A stretch of DNA of 64,000 nt. Origin: Thermodesulfobacteriota bacterium. GTDB taxonomy: Bacteria; Desulfobacterota; Desulfobacteria; Desulfobacterales; C00003060. Positions within the stretch are counted from its first letter, which is position 1; the number at the start of each line of letters is the position of its first letter. The DNA is taken from contig JAXHVD010000003.1 of assembly GCA_034189385.1 (NCBI GenBank), forward strand, positions 64,001 through 128,000, written 5' to 3'. Made by a program: the position numbers and the translations under genes. Positions 27,073 through 35,653 of this stretch are shown one piece after another. Below the pieces are notes generated by a model. The model searched no databases. It was not told the DNA's origin and saw only the letters and a list, made by a program, of their open reading frames with translations.

Positions 27073-27111
27073 AAGCCGTGGGTAGGCCGGTCAGCCTGCC
27101 CACGGCTTTTT
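27073..27111 (+). terminator. attenuator terminator 1
   Basis: aagccgtgggtaggc-cggtca-gcctgcccacggctt stem followed by a T run. Confidence 0.85.
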
Positions 27112-27122
27112 GGTTTATAGAC

Positions 27123-27161
27123 AAAGGGTCGGGGCAAAGAGCCGCGGCCCTTTTTTATTTT
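27123..27161 (+). terminator. attenuator terminator 2
   Basis: aaagggtcggggc-aaaga-gccgcggcccttt stem followed by tttatttt. Confidence 0.8.
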
Positions 27162-27182
27162 CGAGAAAAAGGGGGGGACAAA

Positions 27183-28205
27183 ATGATTATTGTCATGAAG
27201 CACAAGGCCAAGGAAGAACAGATCGAAAAAGTGATTCAATGGGTTGAATCGGTTGGATATCGTGCGCACGTATCCAAAGGGGTGGAACGTACCATTATTG
27301 GTGCCGTTGGAGACGAGCGGGAAAAGGTCCGCCTGAAAGCTGCAGAAGAGATGTCTGGTGTTGAGAAGGTCATGCCTATCCTTCAGCCCTACAAGCTGGC
27401 AAGCAGGGAGACCAAAGACGGTGACACGGTCATTAAAGTGGGCGACGTGGAGATAGGAGGGCCCAAGTGTGTCATCATTGCCGGGCCATGTGCCGTGGAG
27501 AGTGAAGAGCAACTCATGGAATCGGCGGATGCGGTGAAGAAGGCTGGGGCTTCTATGTTGAGAGGCGGGGCCTTTAAGCCGAGGACCTCCCCCTACAGTT
27601 TTCAAGGTTTGGGCGAAGAGGGTCTGAAAATCCTGTCCCGTGCGCGGGAGAAGACCGGATTGCCCATCGTAACCGAGGTCATGACCGACTCGGACGTGAA
27701 GCTTATTGAGAGTTATGCAGATGTGCTTCAAATAGGGACCAGAAACGTACAGAACTTCGCTCTCTTGAAGGCCGTGGGCCATGCAAAAAAGCCTGTGCTC
27801 TTAAAAAGGGGCATGATGACCACTCTGGAAGAGCTGCTGATGTCTGCCGAGTACATCATGGCCTCTGGAAATGACGACGTGATTTTGTGTGAGAGAGGCA
27901 TTCGAACCTTTGAAACGGCCATGCGCAACACTCTCGATATCAGCGCCGTGCCTGTGTTAAAGGAGAAGACCCATCTGCCGGTCGTGGTGGACCCGAGCCA
28001 CGCCATCGGAAAATGGCGGTTTGTTCTACCCCTGGCAAAGGCGGCCGTGGCAGTGGGGGCCGACGGCCTGATTATAGAAGTCCACCCGCATCCAGAGCAG
28101 GCCCTGTCCGATGGACCTCAATCTCTGAAACCTGAAAAGTTCCATGCACTCATGGACGAGATTGAATCCATTGCTAAGATCGTTAGAAAGGGATATGGAC
28201 AGTAG
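27183..28205 (+). CDS. aroF: DAHP synthase type I-beta with N-terminal ACT/ferredoxin-like regulatory domain
   Basis: MIIVMK...SKGVERTIIGAVGD, IAGPCAVES, LRGGAFKPRTSPYSFQG, KPVLLKRG, LCERGIRTFE, VDPSHA. Confidence 0.95.
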   Translation: MIIVMKHKAKEEQIEKVIQWVESVGYRAHVSKGVERTIIGAVGDEREKVRLKAAEEMSGVEKVMPILQPYKLASRETKDGDTVIKVGDVEIGGPKCVIIAGPCAVESEEQLMESADAVKKAGASMLRGGAFKPRTSPYSFQGLGEEGLKILSRAREKTGLPIVTEVMTDSDVKLIESYADVLQIGTRNVQNFALLKAVGHAKKPVLLKRGMMTTLEELLMSAEYIMASGNDDVILCERGIRTFETAMRNTLDISAVPVLKEKTHLPVVVDPSHAIGKWRFVLPLAKAAVAVGADGLIIEVHPHPEQALSDGPQSLKPEKFHALMDEIESIAKIVRKGYGQ

Positions 28206-29301
28206 GATGGAGCAAATAAGGGTCCATTTGGAAAAGAAGACAGATGACTCCTATGACATCTTTGTTGGTGAAGGTATCATGGATAGCCTAGGGGCAATGA
28301 TTCAAGCCCAAGAGCCTGCCGATCAATGCATCGTCATTACAGACTCAAATGTGAATCGACTTTATGGAAAAATGGTCGAAGAAAGGCTCAGGCAAGGAGC
28401 GCTGTCCCCAGAGATTATTGAGATTCCGGCAGGCGAAGCGTCAAAATCGATGGGGGTTGTTCTTGATGTAGCCACACAACTCGTTGAGCTGAAGGCCAGC
28501 CGCAAATGTCTCCTCATTGCCTTTGGGGGTGGGGTGGTGGGAGACCTTGCCGGATTTGTGGCATCCATCTACAAACGCTCTGTGCCCTATGTCCAAATAG
28601 CGACCACCCTTGTGGCCCAAGTGGACAGCAGTGTTGGAGGCAAGACCGGTATTGATCTTCAACAAGGCAAGAATCTCCTCGGTACCTTCTATCAGCCAAA
28701 AGCGGTCTTTATCGACCTGTCATTTTTAAAGACCCTGTCTGACAGGGACTTTAAGAACGGATTGGCTGAAATCATCAAATACGGCATTATCAGAGATGGA
28801 GAGATGTTTGGCCTCCTAGAGGCTGATAAGGACCGTGTTATGGAGCGGCAACCCATGCTGATGAAAAACCTGGTGGTGCGTTCTTGCAAGACAAAGGCCC
28901 ATGTCGTGGAACGAGACGAGAAGGAGGGGGACCTGAGACGCATACTCAATTTTGGCCATACCCTCGGACACGCCCTGGAAGCCGCATCAGACTATCGGCT
29001 TTCTCACGGTGAAGCCGTGGCCATAGGAACCGTGGGGGCCTCGAAAATTTCCCGAAAACTCGATTTCCTAGATGAAGAGAGTCATGGAAGGATCGTTCAC
29101 TTAATCAAGCAGTACGGACTTCCAACCAAGATCCCACGAGGATTCAATACAGACGAACTCCTTGATTTCATGGCCAGTGACAAGAAAGTAGTAGGGACAA
29201 AGATCTACTTCGTGCTCATAAAGCGGATAGGAAACCCTTTTGTCACAGCCGAAGTGCCCACAAGCACGATCAGAGACGTGATTGAAGAGATGAAGTCATG
29301 A
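28195..29301 (+). CDS. aroB: 3-dehydroquinate synthase
   Basis: GEASK, GGGVVGDLAGF, TTLVAQVDSSVGGKTG, KNLLGTFYQP, LNFGHTLGHALE, HGEAVAIG, DKK. Confidence 0.95.
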   Translation: MDSRMEQIRVHLEKKTDDSYDIFVGEGIMDSLGAMIQAQEPADQCIVITDSNVNRLYGKMVEERLRQGALSPEIIEIPAGEASKSMGVVLDVATQLVELKASRKCLLIAFGGGVVGDLAGFVASIYKRSVPYVQIATTLVAQVDSSVGGKTGIDLQQGKNLLGTFYQPKAVFIDLSFLKTLSDRDFKNGLAEIIKYGIIRDGEMFGLLEADKDRVMERQPMLMKNLVVRSCKTKAHVVERDEKEGDLRRILNFGHTLGHALEAASDYRLSHGEAVAIGTVGASKISRKLDFLDEESHGRIVHLIKQYGLPTKIPRGFNTDELLDFMASDKKVVGTKIYFVLIKRIGNPFVTAEVPTSTIRDVIEEMKS

Positions 29302-30434
29302 ACAAAGATAGCCTTAACACATATAGGGACAAGATTGATGCCCTAGACCTTGAACTCTTGAAGCTCTTAAACGACAGGGCCTCGGTGTGTCTTGACATCG
29401 CAAAGCTGAAGGCCGAAAAGGGCCTTGAGATCCATGATCCCTTGAGAGAACAAGCCGTTTTCACGTACCTGGCTCAGCACAACAAGGGGCCTTTAAAGGC
29501 TGGCGATATCGAGGAGATTTTCAAAAAGATCGTCTCCATATCAAGAAGGCTCCAATCTGCGGCTTCTGCAAACGGCCTTGGCGCCCGGGCCGAATCCGGT
29601 GAAATGGGTGCACCTTTCACGCCAACCGGCAGCACGGCTCTCTATGGGATACTGGGAAATCCTGTGGCGCAAAGCATGAGTCCCCTGATGCACAATACGG
29701 CCTTCAGACTTCTGGGTATTGATGCCCTGTACCTCCCTTTTGAGGTGAACGATCTATCCCTTGCCTTTTCCGGTATGAAGGCCCTGAACATTCAAGGTGC
29801 CAGTGTGACCCATCCCTTCAAAGAAAAGATCATCGGGCTCATTGACGAGGTCGATGATACAGCCAAGAAGATAGGAGCGGTGAACACCCTGGTTTTTGGA
29901 CAAGGGCGCGTTCGCGGTACGAACACAGATTGGGTGGGCGCTGTCAGGTGTCTTGAGGCCCTGCTTCCCGTAAAAGGACACACTTTTGTGGTTCTTGGTG
30001 CAGGCGGAGCGGCCCGGGCCGCAGTCTTTGGCATTACGAGCCATGGAGGCAAGGCCATTGTAGTAAACAGGTCCGAAGCAAAAGGACGGGCCTTGGCCGA
30101 GGAGTTCGATTCCCTGTTCGTTCCCCTTTCTGAGATCCAGGGTGTTTCCGGTGACTGTCTGGTCAATACGACCCCTGTGGGCATGTATCCGAAAACAGAC
30201 GCGCTGCCTGTGCCAAGAGAAGTCTTGGGCCGGTACAAGGCTGTGGCTGATGTCGTCTATAATCCTCTAATGACCATGCTCTTGAAGGAGGCCGAAAAAG
30301 CAGGATGCCTGGTGGCCAGCGGCTTTGAGATGTTCCTCTATCAGGGTGTTGAACAGTTTACTACCTGGACAGGGAAAAAGGCTCCTGTAAAGGAGATGAG
30401 AGATGTGGTCTACGGGAGGTTGTCGACGTCATGA
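29298..30434 (+). CDS. aroE: chorismate mutase (AroQ/CM_2) - shikimate dehydrogenase fusion
   Basis: N-terminal ~86 aa YRDKIDALD..LL.LLNDR...K...DPLRE...SRRLQ; then GNPVAQSMSP.MHN, SVTHPFKE, GAVNT, NTD, GAGGAARA, NTTPVGM, DVVYNP. Confidence 0.92.
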   Translation: MNKDSLNTYRDKIDALDLELLKLLNDRASVCLDIAKLKAEKGLEIHDPLREQAVFTYLAQHNKGPLKAGDIEEIFKKIVSISRRLQSAASANGLGARAESGEMGAPFTPTGSTALYGILGNPVAQSMSPLMHNTAFRLLGIDALYLPFEVNDLSLAFSGMKALNIQGASVTHPFKEKIIGLIDEVDDTAKKIGAVNTLVFGQGRVRGTNTDWVGAVRCLEALLPVKGHTFVVLGAGGAARAAVFGITSHGGKAIVVNRSEAKGRALAEEFDSLFVPLSEIQGVSGDCLVNTTPVGMYPKTDALPVPREVLGRYKAVADVVYNPLMTMLLKEAEKAGCLVASGFEMFLYQGVEQFTTWTGKKAPVKEMRDVVYGRLSTS

Positions 30435-31693
30435 GGCCAATTCAACCGACGAGAGATATCCGTGCCAGCATCCGTGTGCCAGGGTCGAAAAGCTATACCC
30501 AAAGGGCCCTGATTGTGGCTGCCCTGGCAAGAGGCCACTCTTTGATTACAGGCCCCCTGTTTTCCGAAGACACAGAGCACCTGATAAAGGCCCTCGGCTC
30601 CTTGGGCGCCCAGGTCAGGCCCCAAGGCCCTGACCTGACCGTGGTGGGGACAGGAGGAAATGTAAGGCGCCCCTCTGGGCCGATCTATATGGGAAATAAC
30701 GGCACGGGTCTGAGACTCCTGACCGGCACGGTCACTCTTGGACAGGGAACCTTTGTCCTTGACGGCAACGATCGCATGCGCCAGAGGCCGATCCAACCCC
30801 TGGTCGACGCCTTAAATGAGCTGGGGGGCGAGGTCTCGTGCAGAAAGAAGAACGGCTGCCCCCCTGTGGAGGTCGTAGCAAAAGGGCTCGGGGGTGGAAA
30901 GACTACCCTAGCAGGAGGGCTTAGCAGCCAGTATCTCTCCTCTCTTCTTCTGGCCGCTCCCTGTGCCAGAGGGGACGTTCGGATCGAGGTCCTGGGCTCC
31001 CTTCCGTCACGGCCCTACATTGACATGACCCTGGATGTGATGGAGCACTTTGGCGCAGAGGTGTCCCTGTTGGATGAGAGGTCTTTCCTGGTCAGGGCGC
31101 CTCGGGCGTATCGGGCCAGTGAGTACGCCGTAGAAGGTGATGCCTCCAGCGCCACCTATTTCATGGCCGCTGCTGCCATCTGTGGGGGCACTGTAAGGAT
31201 AGACAATGTCAGCCCCGATTCTGTCCAGGGGGACCTGCGGTTCACCCATATTCTTGAGACCATGGGATGCCGGCTGGGGAGATCAGACAAGGGATTGGAA
31301 ATCACAGGCCCATTGTCTTATCACGGAGATCTTTCTTTCGACCTTCATGATGTACCTGATATGGTCCCGGCCCTTGCCGTGGTTTGCGCCTTCAGGAAGG
31401 GGAAAACCGACCTTGAGAACATCGGGCACCTTCGTATCAAGGAATCGGACAGGATCGCCGCCCTGACTCAGGAGCTCAGAAAGATCGGGGCCACAGTGGA
31501 AGAGAAGGAAGAGGCCATGGTAATCCAGGGCCTGGCCACCCGAGGAGGCGAGATAGACTCTTATGACGATCACCGTATTGCCATGAGTTTTGCTATAGCG
31601 GGCCTGGCTATTGAGGGCGTCGTTATCAAGGCTCCTGATTGTGTGAAGAAATCCTTTCCCGATTTCTGGGATAAGCTGGAGTCTCTTGGTTGA
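30431..31693 (+). CDS. aroA: 3-phosphoshikimate 1-carboxyvinyltransferase (EPSP synthase)
   Basis: PGSKSYTQR, GNNGTGLR, RP, SSQYLS, EGDASSA, RIKESDR, DDHRIAM, KSFPDF. Confidence 0.96.
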   Translation: MRPIQPTRDIRASIRVPGSKSYTQRALIVAALARGHSLITGPLFSEDTEHLIKALGSLGAQVRPQGPDLTVVGTGGNVRRPSGPIYMGNNGTGLRLLTGTVTLGQGTFVLDGNDRMRQRPIQPLVDALNELGGEVSCRKKNGCPPVEVVAKGLGGGKTTLAGGLSSQYLSSLLLAAPCARGDVRIEVLGSLPSRPYIDMTLDVMEHFGAEVSLLDERSFLVRAPRAYRASEYAVEGDASSATYFMAAAAICGGTVRIDNVSPDSVQGDLRFTHILETMGCRLGRSDKGLEITGPLSYHGDLSFDLHDVPDMVPALAVVCAFRKGKTDLENIGHLRIKESDRIAALTQELRKIGATVEEKEEAMVIQGLATRGGEIDSYDDHRIAMSFAIAGLAIEGVVIKAPDCVKKSFPDFWDKLESLG

Positions 31694-31702
31694 AAGGAAG
31701 CC

Positions 31703-32161
31703 ATGAAAAAGAAACCTACGATCCTGGTCATTCACGGCCCGAACCTGAATATGCTGGGGCGGCGCGAGCCGACCTGGTATGGCCGTGCCACGCTGGAGGA
31801 GATCGATGCTTCGATCAAGGAGGCCGCCCAAGAGGTCGGTATGACAGCAGAGACGTTCCAGTCCAACTATGAGGGGGCCATCGTCGAGAAGATCCACCAA
31901 GCCATTGAGACATGCGACGGGGTGATCATTAACCCGGCAGCCTATACCCACACCAGTGTGGCCATAAGAGACGCCCTCTTGATGCTGGATATTCCGATTA
32001 TCGAGGTCCATCTTTCCAATATCTACCAGCGAGAGACCTTCAGGCACCGATCCTTTGTTTCAGATGTGGCCACGGCCCGGGTGGCGGGTTTTGGTAAAGA
32101 GGGCTATATGATGGCCGTACGGGCTTTGTCGGATATGGTGAAAGAAGGATCAGGGCATTAG
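31703..32161 (+). CDS. aroQ: type II 3-dehydroquinate dehydratase
   Basis: HGPNLNMLGRREP..YG, QSNYEG, INPAAYTHTS, EVHLSN...RE.FR..S. Confidence 0.96.
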   Translation: MKKKPTILVIHGPNLNMLGRREPTWYGRATLEEIDASIKEAAQEVGMTAETFQSNYEGAIVEKIHQAIETCDGVIINPAAYTHTSVAIRDALLMLDIPIIEVHLSNIYQRETFRHRSFVSDVATARVAGFGKEGYMMAVRALSDMVKEGSGH

Positions 32162-32164
32162 GAG

Positions 32165-32677
32165 ATGAACATCATTCTGATCGGATACAGGGGAACGGGC
32201 AAGACGGTTGTAGGGAGGGCCCTTTCCAAAAGGCTTGGCAGGCCCTTTTTTGACGCAGATGACTATGTTGAAGAAAAGGCCGGCAGGACGATCAGCGACC
32301 TGGTGGCAAAGGAAGGGTGGCCCTTTTTTCGGGCAAGAGAAAAGGAAGCCATCCGGCAGCTCTCTGACATGGACGACTGCGTGATCGCTCCGGGCGGGGG
32401 GGCCATCATGGACAAAGAGAATGTGGCCTTTCTTGGTAATAAGGGGTGGTTTGTCCTCCTTGAGGCCGACATTGACACCATGATTCAGAGGATTCAGGGC
32501 GATGAGGCAAGCTCAGAGCAGCGGCCCGATCTGTTGGGGGGCGACATATATGAAGAAACCCAGACGGTGCTAAAAGAGCGGATGCCTGTCTACGAAGATG
32601 TTGCGGACATCTCCGTGGATACGTCACAGTTGTCCATCGATGAAGTGGTGGAAAAGATCGTTCAGCAGTTGCAGTGA
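32165..32677 (+). CDS. aroK: shikimate kinase
   Basis: LIGYRGTGKT P-loop, D.D, FRARE, GGG, RP.L, ER...Y. Confidence 0.94.
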   Translation: MNIILIGYRGTGKTVVGRALSKRLGRPFFDADDYVEEKAGRTISDLVAKEGWPFFRAREKEAIRQLSDMDDCVIAPGGGAIMDKENVAFLGNKGWFVLLEADIDTMIQRIQGDEASSEQRPDLLGGDIYEETQTVLKERMPVYEDVADISVDTSQLSIDEVVEKIVQQLQ

Positions 32678-32696
32678 AGAATGGATGGGAGGTCTT

Positions 32697-33749
32697 ATGG
32701 CAGGTAACACCTTTGGCAAAGCCTTTGCGGTAACGACCTGGGGTGAATCCCATGGAAGAGCCCTGGGGGTCGTCATTGACGGCTGTCCCCCCCAATTTCC
32801 CCTCACAGAATCGGACATTCAAGACGCTCTGGACAAAAGACGGCCCGGAAGGGGGCCCTCAAGTACCCCAAGGCGGGAGCCGGACAGGGTGGAGATCCTC
32901 TCCGGCGTCTTCGAGGGAAAGACCACGGGAACGCCCATCTTGCTTATCATCTACAACAAGGATGCAGACAGCAGGTCTTACAGCGCCATCAAGGACTTGT
33001 TCAGGCCTGGTCACGGAGACCTTACCTACCAGAAGAAATACGGAATACGTGACTACCGGGGAGGCGGCAGGGCCTCTGGTAGAGAGACCGTGGCCAGGGT
33101 GGCAGCCGGGGCTGTGGCAGGCGTGGTCCTCCGTGAAGAGGGCATTGACGTGCAGGCCTACACCTTGGAACTTGCAGGGATCAGGGCCGAGGGCGTAGAC
33201 CCAGGGGCGGTGAGTAGGAACGTCTTCTTTGCCCCGGACCTGGAAGCGGCGGACCGAATGGCAGAGAGGATAAAAGAGATCAAGGCCGCAGGCAATTCGG
33301 CCGGCGGAGTGGTGGAAGTGCGGGTCAGGGGGTGTCCGGCCGGACTGGGGGAACCTGTCTTTGACAAACTGGATGCAGAGCTGGCAAAGGCCCTCATGAG
33401 CATCGGGGCGGTGAAGGCCGTTGAAGTGGGGGTGGGCCTAGAGGCAGCCAGGCTGCTCGGTTCTGAATGCAATGACGAGATCACGCCCCAAGGATTCGTC
33501 ACCAACCGTTCTGGAGGAATACTGGCAGGGATCTCAAATGGCGATGAGATTGTGGCAAGGGCTGCCGTGAAACCCATATCCTCCATTGAGATTGAACAGA
33601 AGACCATTGATATCCGTTCAAGACCCACTACCATCTCTGTGAAGGGGCGCCATGACGTCTCCGCCATCCCCAGGATCGTGCCTGTGTGCGAGGCCATGGT
33701 CAGGCTGGTCATTGCGGATCATCTCTTAAGGCAGAGACAGGTGAGGTGA
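32697..33749 (+). CDS. aroC: chorismate synthase
   Basis: MAGNTFG, TWGESHG, RRPG, RPGH.D, RDYRGGGRASGRET, GEPVFDKL, GGILAGISNG, GRHD; GGAGG RBS. Confidence 0.96.
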   Translation: MAGNTFGKAFAVTTWGESHGRALGVVIDGCPPQFPLTESDIQDALDKRRPGRGPSSTPRREPDRVEILSGVFEGKTTGTPILLIIYNKDADSRSYSAIKDLFRPGHGDLTYQKKYGIRDYRGGGRASGRETVARVAAGAVAGVVLREEGIDVQAYTLELAGIRAEGVDPGAVSRNVFFAPDLEAADRMAERIKEIKAAGNSAGGVVEVRVRGCPAGLGEPVFDKLDAELAKALMSIGAVKAVEVGVGLEAARLLGSECNDEITPQGFVTNRSGGILAGISNGDEIVARAAVKPISSIEIEQKTIDIRSRPTTISVKGRHDVSAIPRIVPVCEAMVRLVIADHLLRQRQVR

Positions 33750-33855
33750 GAAAGGCCATGACCATATATGAATGGCCTAGTCTGTGGGCTTGTACTTGCC
33801 GATGGCATCGCAAAACCAGCGCGCCTCAGGCTATTCTTCTGCACGAAGAGCCGCT

Positions 33856-34788
33856 TCAGGGGTGATTTTTATGGGCCGGCGGCTCTTCGCCGCCCGAGAG
33901 GTATTTGCGGGCGGCATTTGAGATTGCCGTAACGGCAGGGTGCTTGATAATGCGCTCAAAAGTAATGGCATAGAAACGTTCACGCACCTTGTTAGCACGT
34001 CCCACTACCTGCACATCATGCTGGCGCTCCACTTCCTTTTCGATAACAGACGGAACGGCAAAGGCGCCGTCACCATGTTGACCGAATGCTTTCAGCAGGG
34101 CACTGTCTTCGAATTCACCCACAATCATCGGTTTAAGTCCATGAGAGGCAAACCACCTCTCCAGTTCTTCTCTCAAGGCCGACATGGGCAGTGGAAGAAG
34201 CATGGGTGCTCCGTCAAGTGATTCTGGGAACCGGGGCCGAAGCCGTTTTGCCAGCTTCTTTATCGCGAAGAACGTCACGCCGCATTCTCCCAGATAATGA
34301 TTGTACACTTTGATGCTCATGCCCTTTTGTGTGGGGGAGTCACTTAAGACAATGTCCAGATGGTGCATGGCCAGGTCGGCAAGCAACCTCTCCAGCTTGT
34401 TCTCATAACAGACCAGATGCACAGGCTCCGAAAGAGACAACGCGGGCTCCAAAATTCTGCGGGCGATCAACTTCGGGAAGGCATCTACCACCCCCGCCTT
34501 CAATGACAGAGGGCCGACCATGGGGCGGCCCTGAACGGTGTCCATCATCTCTCGGCCCAGAGAAAAGATTTCATCGGCATAGCGGAAAACCAGGTGCCCC
34601 AGGTCAGTAGGTTCGAGACGCCGTCCTGTGCGACGGAAGAGTTTGCCCCCCAGGGTCTCTTCCAGCTTTCCAACTTGCGCACTGACAGTCGACGGCGATA
34701 GACGGAGCTTTTCACAAGCAGCTGTCACGCTCCCTTCCCGCATGACCGCCCAGAAGTATAGGAGATGATGATAGTTGAGCCATTCCAT
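33856..34788 (-). CDS. nhaR: LysR-family transcriptional activator, NhaR-like
   Basis: MEWLNYHHLLYFW.V.REGS HTH, YADEIFSLG.E, FP.SL.GAP.LLP, EFEDSALLKAFG, ER.IKHPAV. Confidence 0.9.
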   Translation of the reverse strand: MEWLNYHHLLYFWAVMREGSVTAACEKLRLSPSTVSAQVGKLEETLGGKLFRRTGRRLEPTDLGHLVFRYADEIFSLGREMMDTVQGRPMVGPLSLKAGVVDAFPKLIARRILEPALSLSEPVHLVCYENKLERLLADLAMHHLDIVLSDSPTQKGMSIKVYNHYLGECGVTFFAIKKLAKRLRPRFPESLDGAPMLLPLPMSALREELERWFASHGLKPMIVGEFEDSALLKAFGQHGDGAFAVPSVIEKEVERQHDVQVVGRANKVRERFYAITFERIIKHPAVTAISNAARKYLSGGEEPPAHKNHP

Positions 34789-34804
34789 AAGGAGACCCCC
34801 TTCA

Positions 34805-34819
34805 TTCGATTTTTACGAA
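34805..34819. promoter_or_regulatory. candidate LysR (NhaR) recognition site
   Basis: TTCG-N7-CGAA dyad (contains T-N11-A) just upstream of the nhaR start in the divergent intergenic region. Confidence 0.6.
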
Positions 34820-35017
34820 AGAATATGCCACAATTTTCTAATAGATAAAACTATTTTTTTTCTTTATAGTTCCACTGCTTGGCCGCGAACAGCAGGAATG
34901 AGCATGGTGTTGCTAACCTTTACGGACGCTTGGGTAAATGGAACAGCTACCATGACTTGCCACGTGTTAGCAGCTAGCAACATATTGGCTTCAAATTTTG
35001 AAGGGAGGTGACACGAG

Positions 35018-35128
35018 ATGGAACTTCCATTGGCAGGATGGATTGAATGGGCAGTAACCGGCGGGGCTACGGCTATTGGTGTTGTCGCTTTACAGATCAT
35101 TGGCCGTATCCAAAACCGTAAGGAATAG
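35018..35128 (+). CDS. 36-aa single-TM small protein divergent from nhaR; not in ORF track
   Basis: GGGAGGTGA RBS upstream of ATG; MELPLAGWIEWAVTGGATAIGVVALQIIGRIQNRKE*, hydrophobic core with basic tail. Confidence 0.65.
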   Translation: MELPLAGWIEWAVTGGATAIGVVALQIIGRIQNRKE

Positions 35129-35360
35129 AGAGGGTGCGAACCTGAATCCTGGAGTGCTTCCACCCATGCTGAGAAAATAGAGCTTCGGGGGAAGCACTGT
35201 TCATGTTGTGCGAAAACTCGAAATCGCTTAAGACGCAGGCGTGTGGTTTTGTGCGTAGAGAGACGCATCCATTTCTCTTCGCTCCACTCAATGAGTGGGC
35301 GCGCACCTGTTGCCCCAGCCATTCGCAACGTTGAACGCTGCGAACTGTGCATATTCTCAA

Positions 35361-35430
35361 CCTTCCGCCCTACGCCTGATGCCTCTTTCCTCATCTCCTC
35401 CACCTAAAACATGGAACCTAACACCTAAAA
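35361..35430. repeat. degenerate 7-mer tandem array
   Basis: ccttccg ccctacg cctgatg cctcttt cctcatc ... cacctaa aacatgg aacctaa cacctaa. Confidence 0.5.
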
Positions 35431-35625
35431 CGGTTGCCATCATCCCCTCCGCCCACCGAAAAACATAATCATGGTTGTTCCTAGCCCCCATTAAAAGAGT
35501 TTTGACTTTTTCGCAAAAAACAATTTCAAAAATTTGGGAAGGTAGATATATAAAAGCAGAGATCAAATACACCCGCGAACGGCGGGGGCCACCTAGGGCC
35601 GTCTCCAAATCCCCAAAAAAATATG

Positions 35626-35653
35626 TTGTCATTTTCCACAAAAGCTGTATGAT
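35626..35653 (+). promoter_or_regulatory. probable sigma70 promoter of the DEAD helicase-typA operon
   Basis: TTGTCA-16nt-TATGAT followed by GC-rich GCGCC; A-tract upstream. Confidence 0.5.

Noticed and set aside
26940..27180. T-box riboswitch as explanation of the aro leader
   Set aside because: No T-box consensus or specifier stem seen; the Tyr-rich uORF and its pairing explain the structure.
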